DNA from: Octopus sinensis
Taxonomy: Eukaryota
Reading direction: 5' to 3'
Assembly: GCF_006345805.1 (NCBI RefSeq)
Contig: NC_043003.1
Location: 114,700,001 to 114,764,000, forward strand
Length of the DNA: 64,000 bases
The notes beneath the pieces were generated by a model. That model saw only the letters and a list, made by a program, of their open reading frames with translations, was not told the origin of the DNA and ran no database searches. This document shows positions 1-12,325 of this stretch, piece by piece; position 1 is the first letter of the stretch, and every line of letters starts with the position of its first letter. The position numbers and the translations under genes were made by a program.

Positions 1-356
1 GAAAAATAGGTGAACATATCAACGTTCAATAACAGAATGGTAGCGGAGGCGGCTATCAATTGGTAAAAGGAAAGAAAAGAAAAGAAATAGAAAGAATGGT
101 AGATAGAGTGAGGTAGAGAGGATTTTAAGGATTGGATAAAGTAAGGCGCATATATGTATGGTGTCTAAGAATTGTGTATGGAGTAGCCGAGAAGATGAGA
201 GAGAGAATAGGGCCAACACTCAAGTTGTGACCTTTGATTAAAAGAAGGTCTCAAAATTCTAATCCACAGCTCACCGCAATTGCCTAATAAATACAACGAG
301 GCCTTCACTACGTGTAAGCACAAATCGTTCCGCACTTTTAAATTCTTTCATAGATC

Positions 357-397
<41 letters not shown>

Positions 398-513
398 AAT
401 AGTAAAATGTGAAAAAATTACAGAAGGCTTGTTTTAAAAGGTTAAAAAATATATTTGAGTCAATATGTCTGAAGAATGTTATAAATTTCTTCCTACAATG
501 ACATAGTATAGAA

Positions 514-549
514 GAAATGACCGGTTTCGCGTTCAGCTTTTCAAATTTC
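514..549 (-). ncRNA. Minimal type I hammerhead-like motif with variant core (UUGAAAA)
   Basis: Minus strand reads GAAAT-TTGAAAA-GC(TGAAC)GC-GAA-ACCGGT-C-ATTTC: perfect 5-bp stem I, 2-bp stem II, palindromic ACCGGT in place of stem III, GUC triplet. Core differs from CUGANGA at two positions. Lies in an island between (TA)n tracts. Confidence 0.5.
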
Positions 550-566
550 ACATACCAACTTTCTTA

Positions 567-604
<38 letters not shown>

Positions 605-1207
605 AATCGGTAAGTTGTCATAATAGGACTCAGAATTTCAAATGCAGGAGCTAAGAGCTACGATGCATTTTCGTCGGCTATATGTATAAACCAAACCGTC
701 CTGTCTAATATATAAATCAATATACTTTTTAGATTGTTATACTTTTCTTCTTGCAAAGGTAACCTTAGGAACTTTGAGGATCTTTGCTTGTGGATAAAGT
801 GTTTGGCATTGGTGTCTTCTATGGTATCATTGTTCTGTAAGTGGCAGTATTTGTCCCGTTACTGGATTTTAAAAGTTTTGACAATTTTCAGTCAGCGTCG
901 AAACCTAGCATTGTTTACCATTAGTGCTCGTTATTTGCCTAAAGATCTGAAAAATAAAGCCCCCATCTTATCATTAATGAGTCAGAGCCAACAAATATAT
1001 GGCGAATGATCAATGAGGTTCATAATTAAAATAACATGCATAAATTAGGAGAATCTTTACATTAGCCAGAGAAATATGGATCGTCATACTTGTAAGAGTC
1101 AGAAGCAACAGCAATGTCGCAATGAATTACACAAAACATTACTAATACGGAAACAATATTAGTAAACAACACATTCATCTGTCTCTGACTTCCTCACTTA
1201 ATTCGTG

Positions 1208-1615
1208 GGATCTTTTCGGTTTAACGGCAGTTTTTAACATAATTTCTAGCTAAGAAATTTTAAACTTCGTATACTGGTAGAACGTGTTTATAAAACATCT
1301 TTTTTTCTTGGCTTTATTGAGAAAATTCTATGGTTTGTAAGATATTTGTTGTGTTTCTTTTCTTCAATTTCTGCAATTTCAACCAATCAGTGACGTCTAT
1401 TGAGTTAAAAAGCATTCTGTGCCGTATGAATATGTCCCTCGTTTAAGAAATAGATTGGGTTTATTTACAATTCTGAAGAAAAAAAGATACCCTTCCCATC
1501 ACCCCTAACCCTAAAACAGATTGAAATGCAATAGATCGATACTAGGGTCATAATTATGGGTGACAATTTCATATGACACCGCTAGAAAAAACTGCCGTTC
1601 AAACCGAAAAGATCC
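1208..1615. mobile_element. MITE with 29-bp TIRs and 8-bp TSD (Merlin-like)
   Basis: Left end GGATCTTTTCGGTTT-AACGGCAGTTTTT (1208-1235) is the reverse complement of 1587-1615 apart from one deleted base. Flanked by perfect direct repeat AATTCGTG (1200-1207, 1616-1623). No coding capacity. Confidence 0.88.
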
Positions 1616-1954
1616 AATTCGTGCATTCATAATGAAAATGATACCAGTTGTTAACTGCGAGTTTAAACATTATTAGCAATTGCTATCGCTACACATAAAC
1701 ATAAGCTATTATTTTATTGTGGAGGCTGAGTGTCCAGCCATCAGAAACGTAGCAGTGTTACTCCTTTCGTCTGCACTGAATAATAATAGTAACACAGAGG
1801 GGGGGGGGAGCAGATATTTCTTTTACATTCAAACTTGACGATCGGAAAACAGGATCGGCTGCAAACTTCACAGCAAGAAAAGAAATTACAAACAGCTCTG
1901 CACGAAATACGAAAAACATATTATCCATAATACAACACAGAAAAAACACACACA

Positions 1955-2010
1955 CGTATACACACATCTACATATGTGTGTGCATTATATGTGTGTATGT
2001 GTGCGTGTGC

Positions 2011-2063
<53 letters not shown>

Positions 2064-2205
2064 CGAGTGGGGGTTTATATCTCGTTTCTTATTCCTGTAA
2101 AATCTACGGCGGTTATTTTTTTTTAAATATCTGTTCACATTTGATATTGTAAATCTACCGTTGTTGTTGCCGTTGTTGCCGTTGTTGTTGTTGTTGTTGT
2201 TGTTA
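1955..2205. repeat. Compound microsatellites (TG)n/(TA)n/(GA)n and (GTT)n
   Basis: Directly visible. Confidence 0.9.
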
Positions 2206-2878
2206 TTCTCTGCGCCGGCCTTTCTAGGTCACTGACCTTAATTTTCAGATGTTTGTGTGTTTAACTTCACCAATTCATGTTGAACGAATAACAACGTTCT
2301 TAGAGAATAAACCAAACAGATAAGCCTTTTAGTTCTTATTGGGTGAATTTCGTTCTTATATCCTGATTTCACTTTGAAAAAAACAGAAGTAAAATAAAGA
2401 AATAATAATAATAATTACTACTAATATTATTATTATTATTATTACTGTTATTTCTTTCTCGTTTTAAAAGCTACATAATAAAGCAGAGGTTATTCGTGTA
2501 AAATAATCTGGACTTTAGGTCAAACAAACACGAATAATGGGATATTTTATTGAGTACTTAAATAGACTGTACGAAGAGGGCGTTTAGACTCACAAACCTC
2601 TTCAGAATGCATCATATCTCTTTCGATCTCTCTTCCGTCTCCATTACATAGTGTTTAATTTTATTTATCTCTCTTTTTTGTTTTTGTTTTTTAGACTACA
2701 TAAATTTCTCCTCCATTTTTCTTGCATTTTACATTTCAAATGAAAAAAAAAAAAAAAAATTTTTTTCGAGGCGTAGCCATGATCGCGTTGCTAAGAATCT
2801 TGCTTTACGACCACGTGATTTTAGGTTCAGTCCTACCGCGCGGCCCCTTGAGCACATTTCATAGTACACACATATTCA

Positions 2879-3058
2879 TTTCTACTCTAGGCACAAGGCC
2901 CGAAATTTCTGGGGAGGAGCCAATCGATTAGGTCGACCGCAGTATGGAACTGGTACTTAATTAAAAGGCAAAGTCGAACTCGATGGAATTTGAACTCAGA
3001 ACGTAAAGACAGTACGCCGGGCGAAATACTTAGCGGTATTTCGTCTAACATTTCTGCC
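2879..3058 (-). mobile_element. tRNA-derived SINE family A, degenerate copy
   Basis: Reverse-complement similarity to the complete copy at 45135-45366 (AAAGTCGA..GGAATTTGAACTCAGAACG). Confidence 0.75.
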
Positions 3059-3319
3059 TAATGTATTCCTCGATATATTTATACTGTAACAACAGCGCCA
3101 CTATCATTAACAGTGAACAACACAAATATGTTTCTTTATTGGCCACAAAAGGGATCGTTAAAAAGCAGATCAATAGGGATCGAGAATCACAGAAATGTCA
3201 GTCTAAAAAGGGGAAACAGATTAGGTTTATCCGTGGAAATAAAAGCCTACGGAAATGACCACGGTGACCTCGGGCAATAATGTCATGCATTACAGTAAGT
3301 GACTCTCTTTCTTCCTTTC

Positions 3320-3900
3320 TTTTTCTGATTCGTAGGATTATACTCAAGGTGGTTCCATCATTCATGCGTGTCCTCCTTGCTATATTCACCCATCTTTTTT
3401 TGAAACATTCGCTAGACAAAACTTCCCTCTCTACTCTCACCAGATTGACCAGAGGGGAAAGTGTTTGTCTCCAATCCTTTCAGACGCGTCCACCATACAG
3501 ATTCTTTCGCCATAGCCACATGTACGATGAAAATGGCTCTTCCTTCCCGTTTCAAGGAAGGAGGCGCGGCAATATTCACAATAGATTCGGTTGATAAACC
3601 GACTCGTCCCACATGCGATAGCATCTCGGGCAGGCTGGCCCCGTGTTTCTCAAACCATGCCTGTAGAGCTTATCCCGAACGAGTAGCGCTTCTCGATAGC
3701 ACTACCAGGCCAGGGATCTCTGGAAGTTGTCCATAGGTCCCGGCCCGAAAGTCATCTTGAACAGGCGGGTCAGGTGTTCCCCGAGATCGTCGTCGTACCT
3801 CCACTCCACTAATCCCCTATAGAATGTTTTGGTTGTGTTGAAGTCGAACAACATAAATAGAAGCAACATGTCTATCGCCATTGACAGAATCGCTTCACCG
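3320..3900 (-). mobile_element. L1/Tx1-type LINE ORF2 C-terminal fragment (zf-RVT-like region), disrupted
   Basis: Minus-strand peptides TTKTFYRGLVEWRYDDDL..FQRSLAW*CYREALLVRDKLYRHG..ACPRC, then VWWTRLKGL and RVEREVLSSECFKKRW. A homologous peptide occurs at 19250-19450. Confidence 0.7.
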
Positions 3901-4054
3901 CCATCATCAACAGCAGCACAGCCACCATCACAACTAACGTCACTACTAATACCTGTTTTAAGCTTTTGCACAAGGCCTGCAATTTCGGAAGATGGGTGTT
4001 AGTTGGTTGCATTGACCATACTACATGACTAGTAATTATTTCATCGTATCTAAA

Positions 4055-4175
4055 ACAATGAGAGTCAAAGTCTACCTCGGCAGAATTTGAACTCAGAATG
4101 TAAAGCCGGACGAAATGCCGCCAAGCATTTTTCTCGGCACGCTAACGATTCTGCCAGTTCACTGCCTCATCACTT
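4055..4175 (-). mobile_element. SINE family A, 5' part
   Basis: CAAAGTCTACCTCGGCAGAATTTGAACTCAGAATG..GCTAACGATTCTGCCAG matches the reverse complement of the family A head. Confidence 0.75.
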
Positions 4176-4329
4176 TGCCATTACTTTCAATGACCAACGA
4201 TTGAGGCTTGACACAGTCTCCTATCTTTTTGTCGGATGCATCAGTTAAATCTAGAAATCTCAAGGACACACCCGAAATAGACGGAAGTATTACTTTGGAA
4301 GTTTGTTTGATTAGCAGTCGGTTGCATCC

Positions 4330-4960
4330 AGCTGACTCAGGGTTAAACAGTAGCAACAGCCATCACAAGTGTTATGATTAATGCTAGCCACATGATTGCC
4401 ACATTTAACACTAATAGCATCGTTAACAACATTTCCACCATCAGCACCACGAACCTTTCTATCGCCGCAACTGCAACCACTACTGCCAAAGATAGCATCA
4501 CTAGTGTAACACTGCAACCATCACCAAACATTAGCACCATTAGCAACAACTCTGTTAATTCTACTACAAGGGCTACATCTGTTAGCACCATTTCTGTATC
4601 AAGATAGCAGTAGCACCATCATCACCACCGCCACCACCGCCCCAACCATATCCAACAGCACAACACCAACATCGTCACCACTTCCTACCGCTCTACCATT
4701 ATAATCACCGCCACTACCTGTATTATCGTCTTCACCACCAATGGCGCCAACATCAATAACAACAACACTGCCATCATCATCATCATCACGAACACCCCTA
4801 AACCACAACCACCACCGCCGCCGCCAAACCAGGCATCACAACAACCACCACTACCCACACATGCCTTACCATCCCTCTCTTCCCATTCTGTACCTGCCAC
4901 CTCCATATACACATCTCCTCTGCCTACACCTCTTCTTTCTCCTACAGTTGCCGACATCTT
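4330..4960. repeat. Low-complexity (CAC/CAT/AAC)-rich tract
   Basis: Degenerate trinucleotide repeats; gives Thr/Val/His-rich pseudo-ORFs on both strands. Confidence 0.75.
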
Positions 4961-5056
4961 TGATAGTCTGAAAGCTCGGATAAGTACACGAGTCAAGCGT
5001 GAAAATTTAATTTGAATAACAATTCGACACCGGTATTATCTTAGTTGCACACTGGT

Positions 5057-5057
<1 letters not shown>

Positions 5058-5146
<89 letters not shown>

Positions 5147-5178
5147 TGTGTGTGTGTGTGCGTGTGTGTGTGTGCGTG
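5058..5178. repeat. (TG)n microsatellite
   Basis: Directly visible. Confidence 0.95.
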
Positions 5179-5975
5179 TGCTCTTTTGGCGCATATGGCA
5201 TTGTAGGATGGTATCATAGTTTGTATGCGATGTATGTTCCTGAAGGTGGATGTATATGAGTCGCGATAACTATGAGTGCTAACGTGAGTGTGTAGATGCG
5301 GCGAATTAGTGAGTGTGTATACATACATACATATTTTATTCTCGGATATTACATATACACATACTGCACACACAGAGAAACACACACACACAAACACACA
5401 CACACACACACTTATATAGCTATATTACACACTCATCTGTATACGCACGCATATTTACACGTACATACACCAACGTGCGCATGCGTGTGTTTGTACATTT
5501 CTGCATTTCATTTATTTCTACAAGGCCTCCGTGCGCGCGCATTTGTGTGAGTGTGTGTGCGTGCGCATGCGTAAGTGTGTGTGTATGTGCGTGCCTGTGG
5601 GTGTAGGTCTGTGTGAATCATACACTCTAACGAATAAGTGAGTTTATATTGTGATATCGAGAAAACCGCACACATCTACATACGTATTCCTCGAGATATT
5701 CCCATACACACACAAAACCGCAAACAACCAAGCCACAGATAGAGGGAGGCTCGTATTCTAAAGGATACATTTCATTTAATATATTGACATACGTCTGCTT
5801 TCTAGGTTACAAACATATATATTTACGCTTACACGCACGCGTATATATATTTTGGGATGCGTATGTATGTTCCTTCATGCAAATTTTGTTTGTGTGGGTA
5901 TATATATATATATGAATATATATACCCACATAACTGTATTATAAAACTTGGATGTGCAAATCTCCGTTTTTCTCA

Positions 5976-6019
<44 letters not shown>

Positions 6020-6136
6020 ATTATTAATATTTGAGGGAATAAAATCCAAAACTTACAAGGAAAAAATTCAATTTAGAAATACTAAATCAAATTTCACACA
6101 ATATAATATGTATATAAATAATTAGAAAAAAAAACG

Positions 6137-6327
6137 CCTTTTATCAATTCAAAATGAACAATTAAATTACACCATCTAGAAAATTACATATAATAGAAAT
6201 ATTAACATTAAAATAATAAAATTTACTTAATCTTTGACATTTTATTGTTATTTTAATGTTAATATTTCTATTATATGTAATTTTCAAGATGGTGTAATTT
6301 AATTGTTCATTTTGAATTGATAAAAGG
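6137..6327. repeat. Fold-back inverted repeat, arms about 86 bp
   Basis: 6137-6222 is the near-perfect reverse complement of 6239-6327 (one substitution, one 3-nt indel), with a 16-nt spacer. Confidence 0.9.
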
Positions 6328-6709
6328 TGAGTTTTTCTTTTCTAATTTTATATATATATATATATATAGCTAAACTTGTACTTTTTATTAGTCGTAAGAC
6401 ACCCGCTGTTTTTGTCCTGTTTTTACCATTATTGTTTCTTGTATTTTATATTCGTGTGCCCTAGTCCGTTTTTCTGTCCCTGTTTCGTATACATTCGATT
6501 CTTCTTCCAAGAAATCTAATGCTCGTAGCTTAGTTTTTCCTTAGGGCTGGCCGGATCGGAGCAATCTCAAGATTAATCAGCCGAATTTGCTAGGATGATC
6601 CGGTTCTTGACTGAAGATTGAAGGCTTCGAATGTCCCGTCCGTGTTTTTTGTATCGTCTTCTAAATGTTTTACGTTCTTGTCCCAGTTTGTATTTTCTAC
6701 ATATAATAT

Positions 6710-6823
6710 ATATATATATGTGTGTATATATGTATGTGAGTATGTATGTATGTATGTATGTATGTATGTATGTATGTATGTATGTATGTATGTATGCATG
6801 TATGTATGTATGTATGTATGTAT
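6710..6823. repeat. (TATG)n microsatellite
   Basis: Directly visible. Confidence 0.95.
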
Positions 6824-7265
6824 ACAGTACATTCCACTGCGTTATCAGTGCTTTTTACAATATTTTGTTAAGTTTTTTTCTACAGATATTCTATAGGAAT
6901 TTTCGTCAACACTGAGATTTTTGCTGCACGTTTCGCATCGAGACGTTCGATGAAAACAAGCAATGAGATCGAATACAGAAATGGGTAATGAGTGTATCCG
7001 CCATAATTCGGGGAGTTTTAACACTCTTCATAAGAACCCATCTAACCTATTATCACCTCCGAAAAACATTGCTTATGCTACCACCGCATACAGTGGTATT
7101 AAGTTAATGGATGTACCAATTTACATATTAAACCAATTCCTGGAACTGGTACGAAAATATTAAGGATTTGTAGGCAACCTGCGAAATATGGCACATTACC
7201 CATTTTTGTCTTCGATCTCATTGTTTACATCTGATGCCTCGATACGAAACGTTGCTGCAAAATAT

Positions 7266-7580
7266 GGATCTTTTCGGTTTGAATGGCAGTTTTTAACATA
7301 ATTTCTAGGTAACTAAAAACATCTAAACTTCGTATACTGGTAGAATGTGTTTAGAAAACATCACTTTCTCTTGGCTTTCTTGAGAAAATTCTGTAGTTTG
7401 TAAGATATTTGTTGATTTTTTTCTTCAATTTCTTCAATTTCAACCAATCAATGACCGTCTATTGAGGTGAAAACATTCTGTACCGTATGAATATGTCCCT
7501 CGTTTAAGAAACAGATTGGGTTTATTTACATTTGTGAAGAAAAAAAGATACCCTTCCACCAACCCTAACCGAAAAGATCC
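7266..7580. mobile_element. Second copy of the GGATC-terminal MITE, internally deleted
   Basis: Colinear with 1208-1510, ends in AACCGAAAAGATCC. Flanks CAAAATAT (7258-7265) and CAAGATAT (7581-7588) form an 8-bp TSD with one mismatch. Confidence 0.85.
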
Positions 7581-7879
7581 CAAGATATCATTGCTGGCTA
7601 TAACTTCTACAGAATATCTGTAGGAATAACCTTAACGAAATAATATATTTAAATTCTTCCTGTGAGGAAGGAGCTGATAACTGACAACGATACAAAGCTT
7701 CGTAGTTGGGATGTAGGTAACAAATTCAATTTCATACTTGAGGAAAATCTTGCATACTATTACTGTTCCACTTATAGATTGTACGAGCAAAACGCCTCCC
7801 CCCTCCCCGTGCAATGGACATTTAAACAACATTTTCTCAAAACAACATGTCCGACCGTCCCATAGGCCTCCCCTTTGAG

Positions 7880-8160
7880 AAACACTGATTTAACCTAAAT
7901 TTGAGACACCAGCAAAAGAAGAAATAAATATAGACTTTTTTTCTATTCCAAGAAAAACGATTTTACAAATGAACGTTCCCACGGTTTTGTCGATTGCATT
8001 CTCACCTGGAATCGATTTTTGTAATTTTTTCAAGACTTATACACGCCCTGATACCGTCGGTATCTACATATCAAATTTTTGCGCAATCGGATGGAGGATG
8101 CCCGAGATCCTAGAAGACACACACACAGACAGACAGAACGGATTTTATATAATAGATAAG
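7880..8160. mobile_element. Possible Helentron-associated (DINE-1/HINE-like) non-autonomous element fragment
   Basis: Ends ..ATCAAATTTTTGCGCAATCGGATGGAGG..CACAGACAGACAG..TTTTATATAATAGAT, resembling the internal microsatellite and TATATATAGAT-type end of such elements. Recognition only. Confidence 0.4.
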
Positions 8161-9395
8161 CAATGTGCGAGTTAGGTGGTTGATTACTTTTTCTGAAAAT
8201 TTATACTCACGTTCATTTTCTGTTAAACTATGTATATTTGAATTTGTTGAGGCATGGGCCAGATGGAGAATCTCATTCTGAATCGGTGTGTAGGGAAAGA
8301 AACATCTGAGGAAGGAACTTCGCTAAATGTGTGAAGAAGGACAAAACCGAATATTGTCTGGAATGTTCAAAGAGTGTGGGATCAGTGAATTAATAGAAAG
8401 AGAACAGTGTAAATGAATGAGTAAATAAGCAAAGCTCAGGGAATGAATGAAGGAATACGGTGTTATTGTATGAAGGAGTTATGTGTTATATGTGAACGAT
8501 TGCGTGAAAAATGGTTGAAGTCGAGAAATCAATGAATTGACGTGAGAAGGACTGAAGTGATTATAGATTTAAAGAATGGAGTCTTCGGAGAGGTAAGTTG
8601 AAGAATGATTGTACACGTGTAAATGAATAAATGGAAGTAAATGAATAAATGCAGTGTAAATGAATAAATGGAAGTAAGTCTAAATAAATGAATTTGTTAA
8701 TTTATTTTTGAAAGAATGAAATGTGTCAAGTTTTTTAAAAAGAATAATGGAAAATAATGGAAAAATATTTGGAAAATATATCTAAATAGTGAATGAATAT
8801 TTCAAGGAATAAGTTATTGCAGGAATAAAAGATGAAGGAATGAATGAGATACTGCGTGAGTGAGTAAGGATTGAACATGTATACAAATGGAAGTTTGAAT
8901 AAATATTGATAACGATTATGAATGCGTGAGAAACGGCGACACTACATTGGTATGAGTAAATTAATAACATTGGCAGTGTCGAAAACTATTAACATCTGCG
9001 ACACACAGTTATTGTTTCAGAATTGCAATTATGTAAGAAAGAGTCGATACATGTGGAAAACTATAATGGCAGATGTGCTTTAATAGAACCGATAGAGAAG
9101 TCAAAATAAGTCATGATGCAGAGTTATGTACCTTTATTTCCATTGTAAGTTGTATTTACGTCAGAACCTTTATCCTCGACAAGGATTGCGTCGAACAAAT
9201 AAACTGCTCATATTCCTAATATTTATTGCTAGAACGGCGTAAAACTTTGTTCGACATTAATATTTTGAATTCAAGTCCGCCTAAGATAAACATTTTGCTT
9301 TTTATAGCCAGGATCGATAAGGCATCCATAGATTTTTATGGTAAAAACATATATACTAATAGAGAATTCAGCTTGGAGTCTGCTGAAGTTGAGTC

Positions 9396-9452
9396 AGTCC
9401 TTACTGATGAGGCACGGAAATTACCGAAACTGATCGGTCAGTATGGGAATTC
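9396..9452 (+). ncRNA. Type I hammerhead ribozyme with canonical core
   Basis: CTGATGA 9404-9410; stem II closed by G9411-C9425 and G9412-C9424; GAAA 9426-9429; perfect 5-bp stem III ACTGA/TCAGT with TCGG loop; GUA triplet (A9443); stem I TCC(T)TA/TGGGA. Confidence 0.75.
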
Positions 9453-9627
9453 CCCATCAGTGTTTTCAGGCGATTAGAGTCCCAGTCAGTGTATATGTAT
9501 ACAGTTATGTGCATTCACTACAGCATTAGAGTATGTTAGCTCTTATTTCTAGCATTGTAGGTGTTTCTAATACCCTAGTCATATTTAGGGATAATCATAG
9601 TTTTCCTTTTTTGTGAAACATTGCAAA

Positions 9628-10175
<548 letters not shown>

Positions 10176-11210
10176 CAGGGTGTGATGGGTAAATTGTCGC
10201 CATTTTTATTTCTAATTTGGCGCAGGTTCATTGCTTGGTTTTGATTTTGTCAACTACACAGTATAGTAGGGTCAGTTAGGCATCATCTCTGAGAAGATTA
10301 ACACCATGCCGCAATTTACTCCGCCAGAAATTTGGAAGCGACATGCTGCACTGCCTGGCATTCGTCCCGGAAGCTCCAATACGAACATTTCAGAGTGTTT
10401 GAGTGTCAATTTGAAGACAGGGCAGAGGATTCAGAAAGAGCTGGATAGGTATTTCAGCAGCTCGGAAAACTCACATCTGATCGTTCTGATAAGAAAAGAA
10501 CTCCTGAATTTGTTGGTGAGATCCAAGCTACGATTAACAGCGATCCCTCCAAGTCAATCAGGTCCATCGCCAGGGACATGGGAATGTCTGAGTTGCATGA
10601 AAACATTCGGCATACCTCATACAAGATTAGAAAGGGCCACTTTTTATCTCAAGCTATCAAGGACAAGCGGAAAGACCGTGCTAGGAAGCTTTTGAACAAA
10701 CTCAAGCACCCTCTCCAACCGAACATGCTTTGGTTTTTCTCAGACGAGGAAAATTTCTGCCTGGATGAAATGGTGAACACGCAGACCAACCGTTGGCTTG
10801 CCGTGTCTCCAAAACATGTGCCGAGAGTGATGTTATGCTTCCATTCATCTTCTCATACGGCCTCATACTCTACACAGGAGCCTACATCAAGTGTCTGGAG
10901 TACGTAGTGCTGCCCTGGGTCAAGAGGGTGGCTGCTGTAAGACAAGAGATTCTTCACCGTGCCACACAAGCAGGAGAACCCAGTCATGACTGTCAGACAA
11001 TTTCTGCGACGACAAGGGTTATGGCACCATTCACCAACTTAATCAAGGAGAACGTCCAAAAGAGTTGCAAGAGATTCCAAACTCGTCTGGCGGTCATGGT
11101 TGGAACCAATGGCAATTTTATTAAATAAATTTACTCTTTAGTATTTCAAGATATTTTTTATGTAATCTTGGTATGAAATGAGATGTCAGGGTTATTTTCA
11201 TTATTGCATT
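10176..11210 (+). mobile_element. Decayed Tc1/mariner transposon (DD37D/maT-like), transposase frameshifted and internally deleted
   Basis: TA|CAGGGTGTGATGGGTAAATTGTCGCC left end. Peptides MPQFTPPEIWKRHA.., LWFFSDEENFCLDEMVNTQTNRWLAVSPKHVPRVM, VVLPWVKRVAA and CKRFQTRLAVMVGTNGNFIK. Right TIR not found. Confidence 0.85.
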
Positions 11211-11214
11211 CCAA

Positions 11215-11325
11215 TCTTGAGAAATTAGGCTTCTCAAAAGCAGAAAGTAGAAAGCTAATTCGAAGACTACAGATCCAATCCATCACTGGATCTGAAAAAA
11301 ATTCGTAAAACTTTCGAGACGTTAA
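11215..11325 (+). mobile_element. REL-type LINE 3' end fragment
   Basis: Encodes LEKLGFSKAESRKLIRRLQIQSITGS; similar C-terminal peptides at about 7700-7790 (minus), 26800-26945 and 27860-27960. Confidence 0.55.
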
Positions 11326-12246
11326 TCATTTAAATATATACGAGCGTGTCTAGAAATGCAACTATATGCACGAGAATACATACATAAAGCGAAATATGCA
11401 AATTTGCACGTATACATACATACATACATATTGATGTTGAAATTCCAATGAATGAACCTTGAATCTAGGTTAGAAACCGGTTCTTTACTGGGAAGAAATC
11501 TTGAAATGAAACTGAACAACGACATACATACGCACATACATACAAACGCAATACATACATACAAACGCAATTGTACCATTCAACTAGATTTTTTTTTTAA
11601 GTTACTCAGATATAAATAACATTATGAGGAAGGAAGAGTATCGAAATTGTCTCCCTTACATTTGAAACTAATTTTAATGCTACAATATTGCTAGGTAATT
11701 TTTCTGGTATGATGATTCTCTTTGCACTGTCTTCGACGCTTTGGGCCATTGAAGCCGATAAAACAAACCATTAATTTAATGTTAAAGAATATATCTTTCT
11801 TGTATAAGCAAGTAATACATCCTGCATTATGTATGAAAACAGTCAGTGGTCCATTGAAAATAAATATATATTTGAGATACTAAATATAATATTGTGATGA
11901 CATAGTTGAACGAATAAAAATTCATGTCTGCTAGATTAATTAACTGTGACAAGGTAGAAGTGAGAAATAAATGATAATATTATAATAAGATGTGATAATA
12001 GATTTTTATGAATGGTGGAGAAGTTGTGCGAGGGTAACAGAGCAGATCTGTGATGAAGAATCGGAGAAATTAAGAAAAATACAGAAGAGAGAAATAGAGA
12101 GAAAGGAATGGTAAGAAAGGGAGAGAAGGAGAAATTGAAGTTTTATATTTCTGAGCGGTAAAGAATCAAAAGAGAAAAAGAGAATTATAATTATAAAAAG
12201 AAGGGAAACAACAACGGCAATAGCTATGATGCTGATGATAATAATG

Positions 12247-12308
<62 letters not shown>

Positions 12309-12325
12309 TAATAATAATAATAATA

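Noticed and set aside
3255-3300. Possible start exon MTTVTSGNNVMHY followed by GTAAGT
   Set aside because: Only 13 codons, no homology recognised, and adjacent to a LINE remnant.
3702-3971. RYDDDL as a possible RT catalytic YxDD motif
   Set aside because: It lies just upstream of the zf-RVT-like region at the LINE C-terminus, with no RT motifs around it.
4343-4996. Thr/Ser-rich mucin-like ORFs
   Set aside because: Degenerate trinucleotide low-complexity DNA, open on both strands, with no splice or signal evidence.
6605-6640. CTGAAGA..CGAATGTC hammerhead-like string
   Set aside because: No workable stem II, stem I or A15.1.
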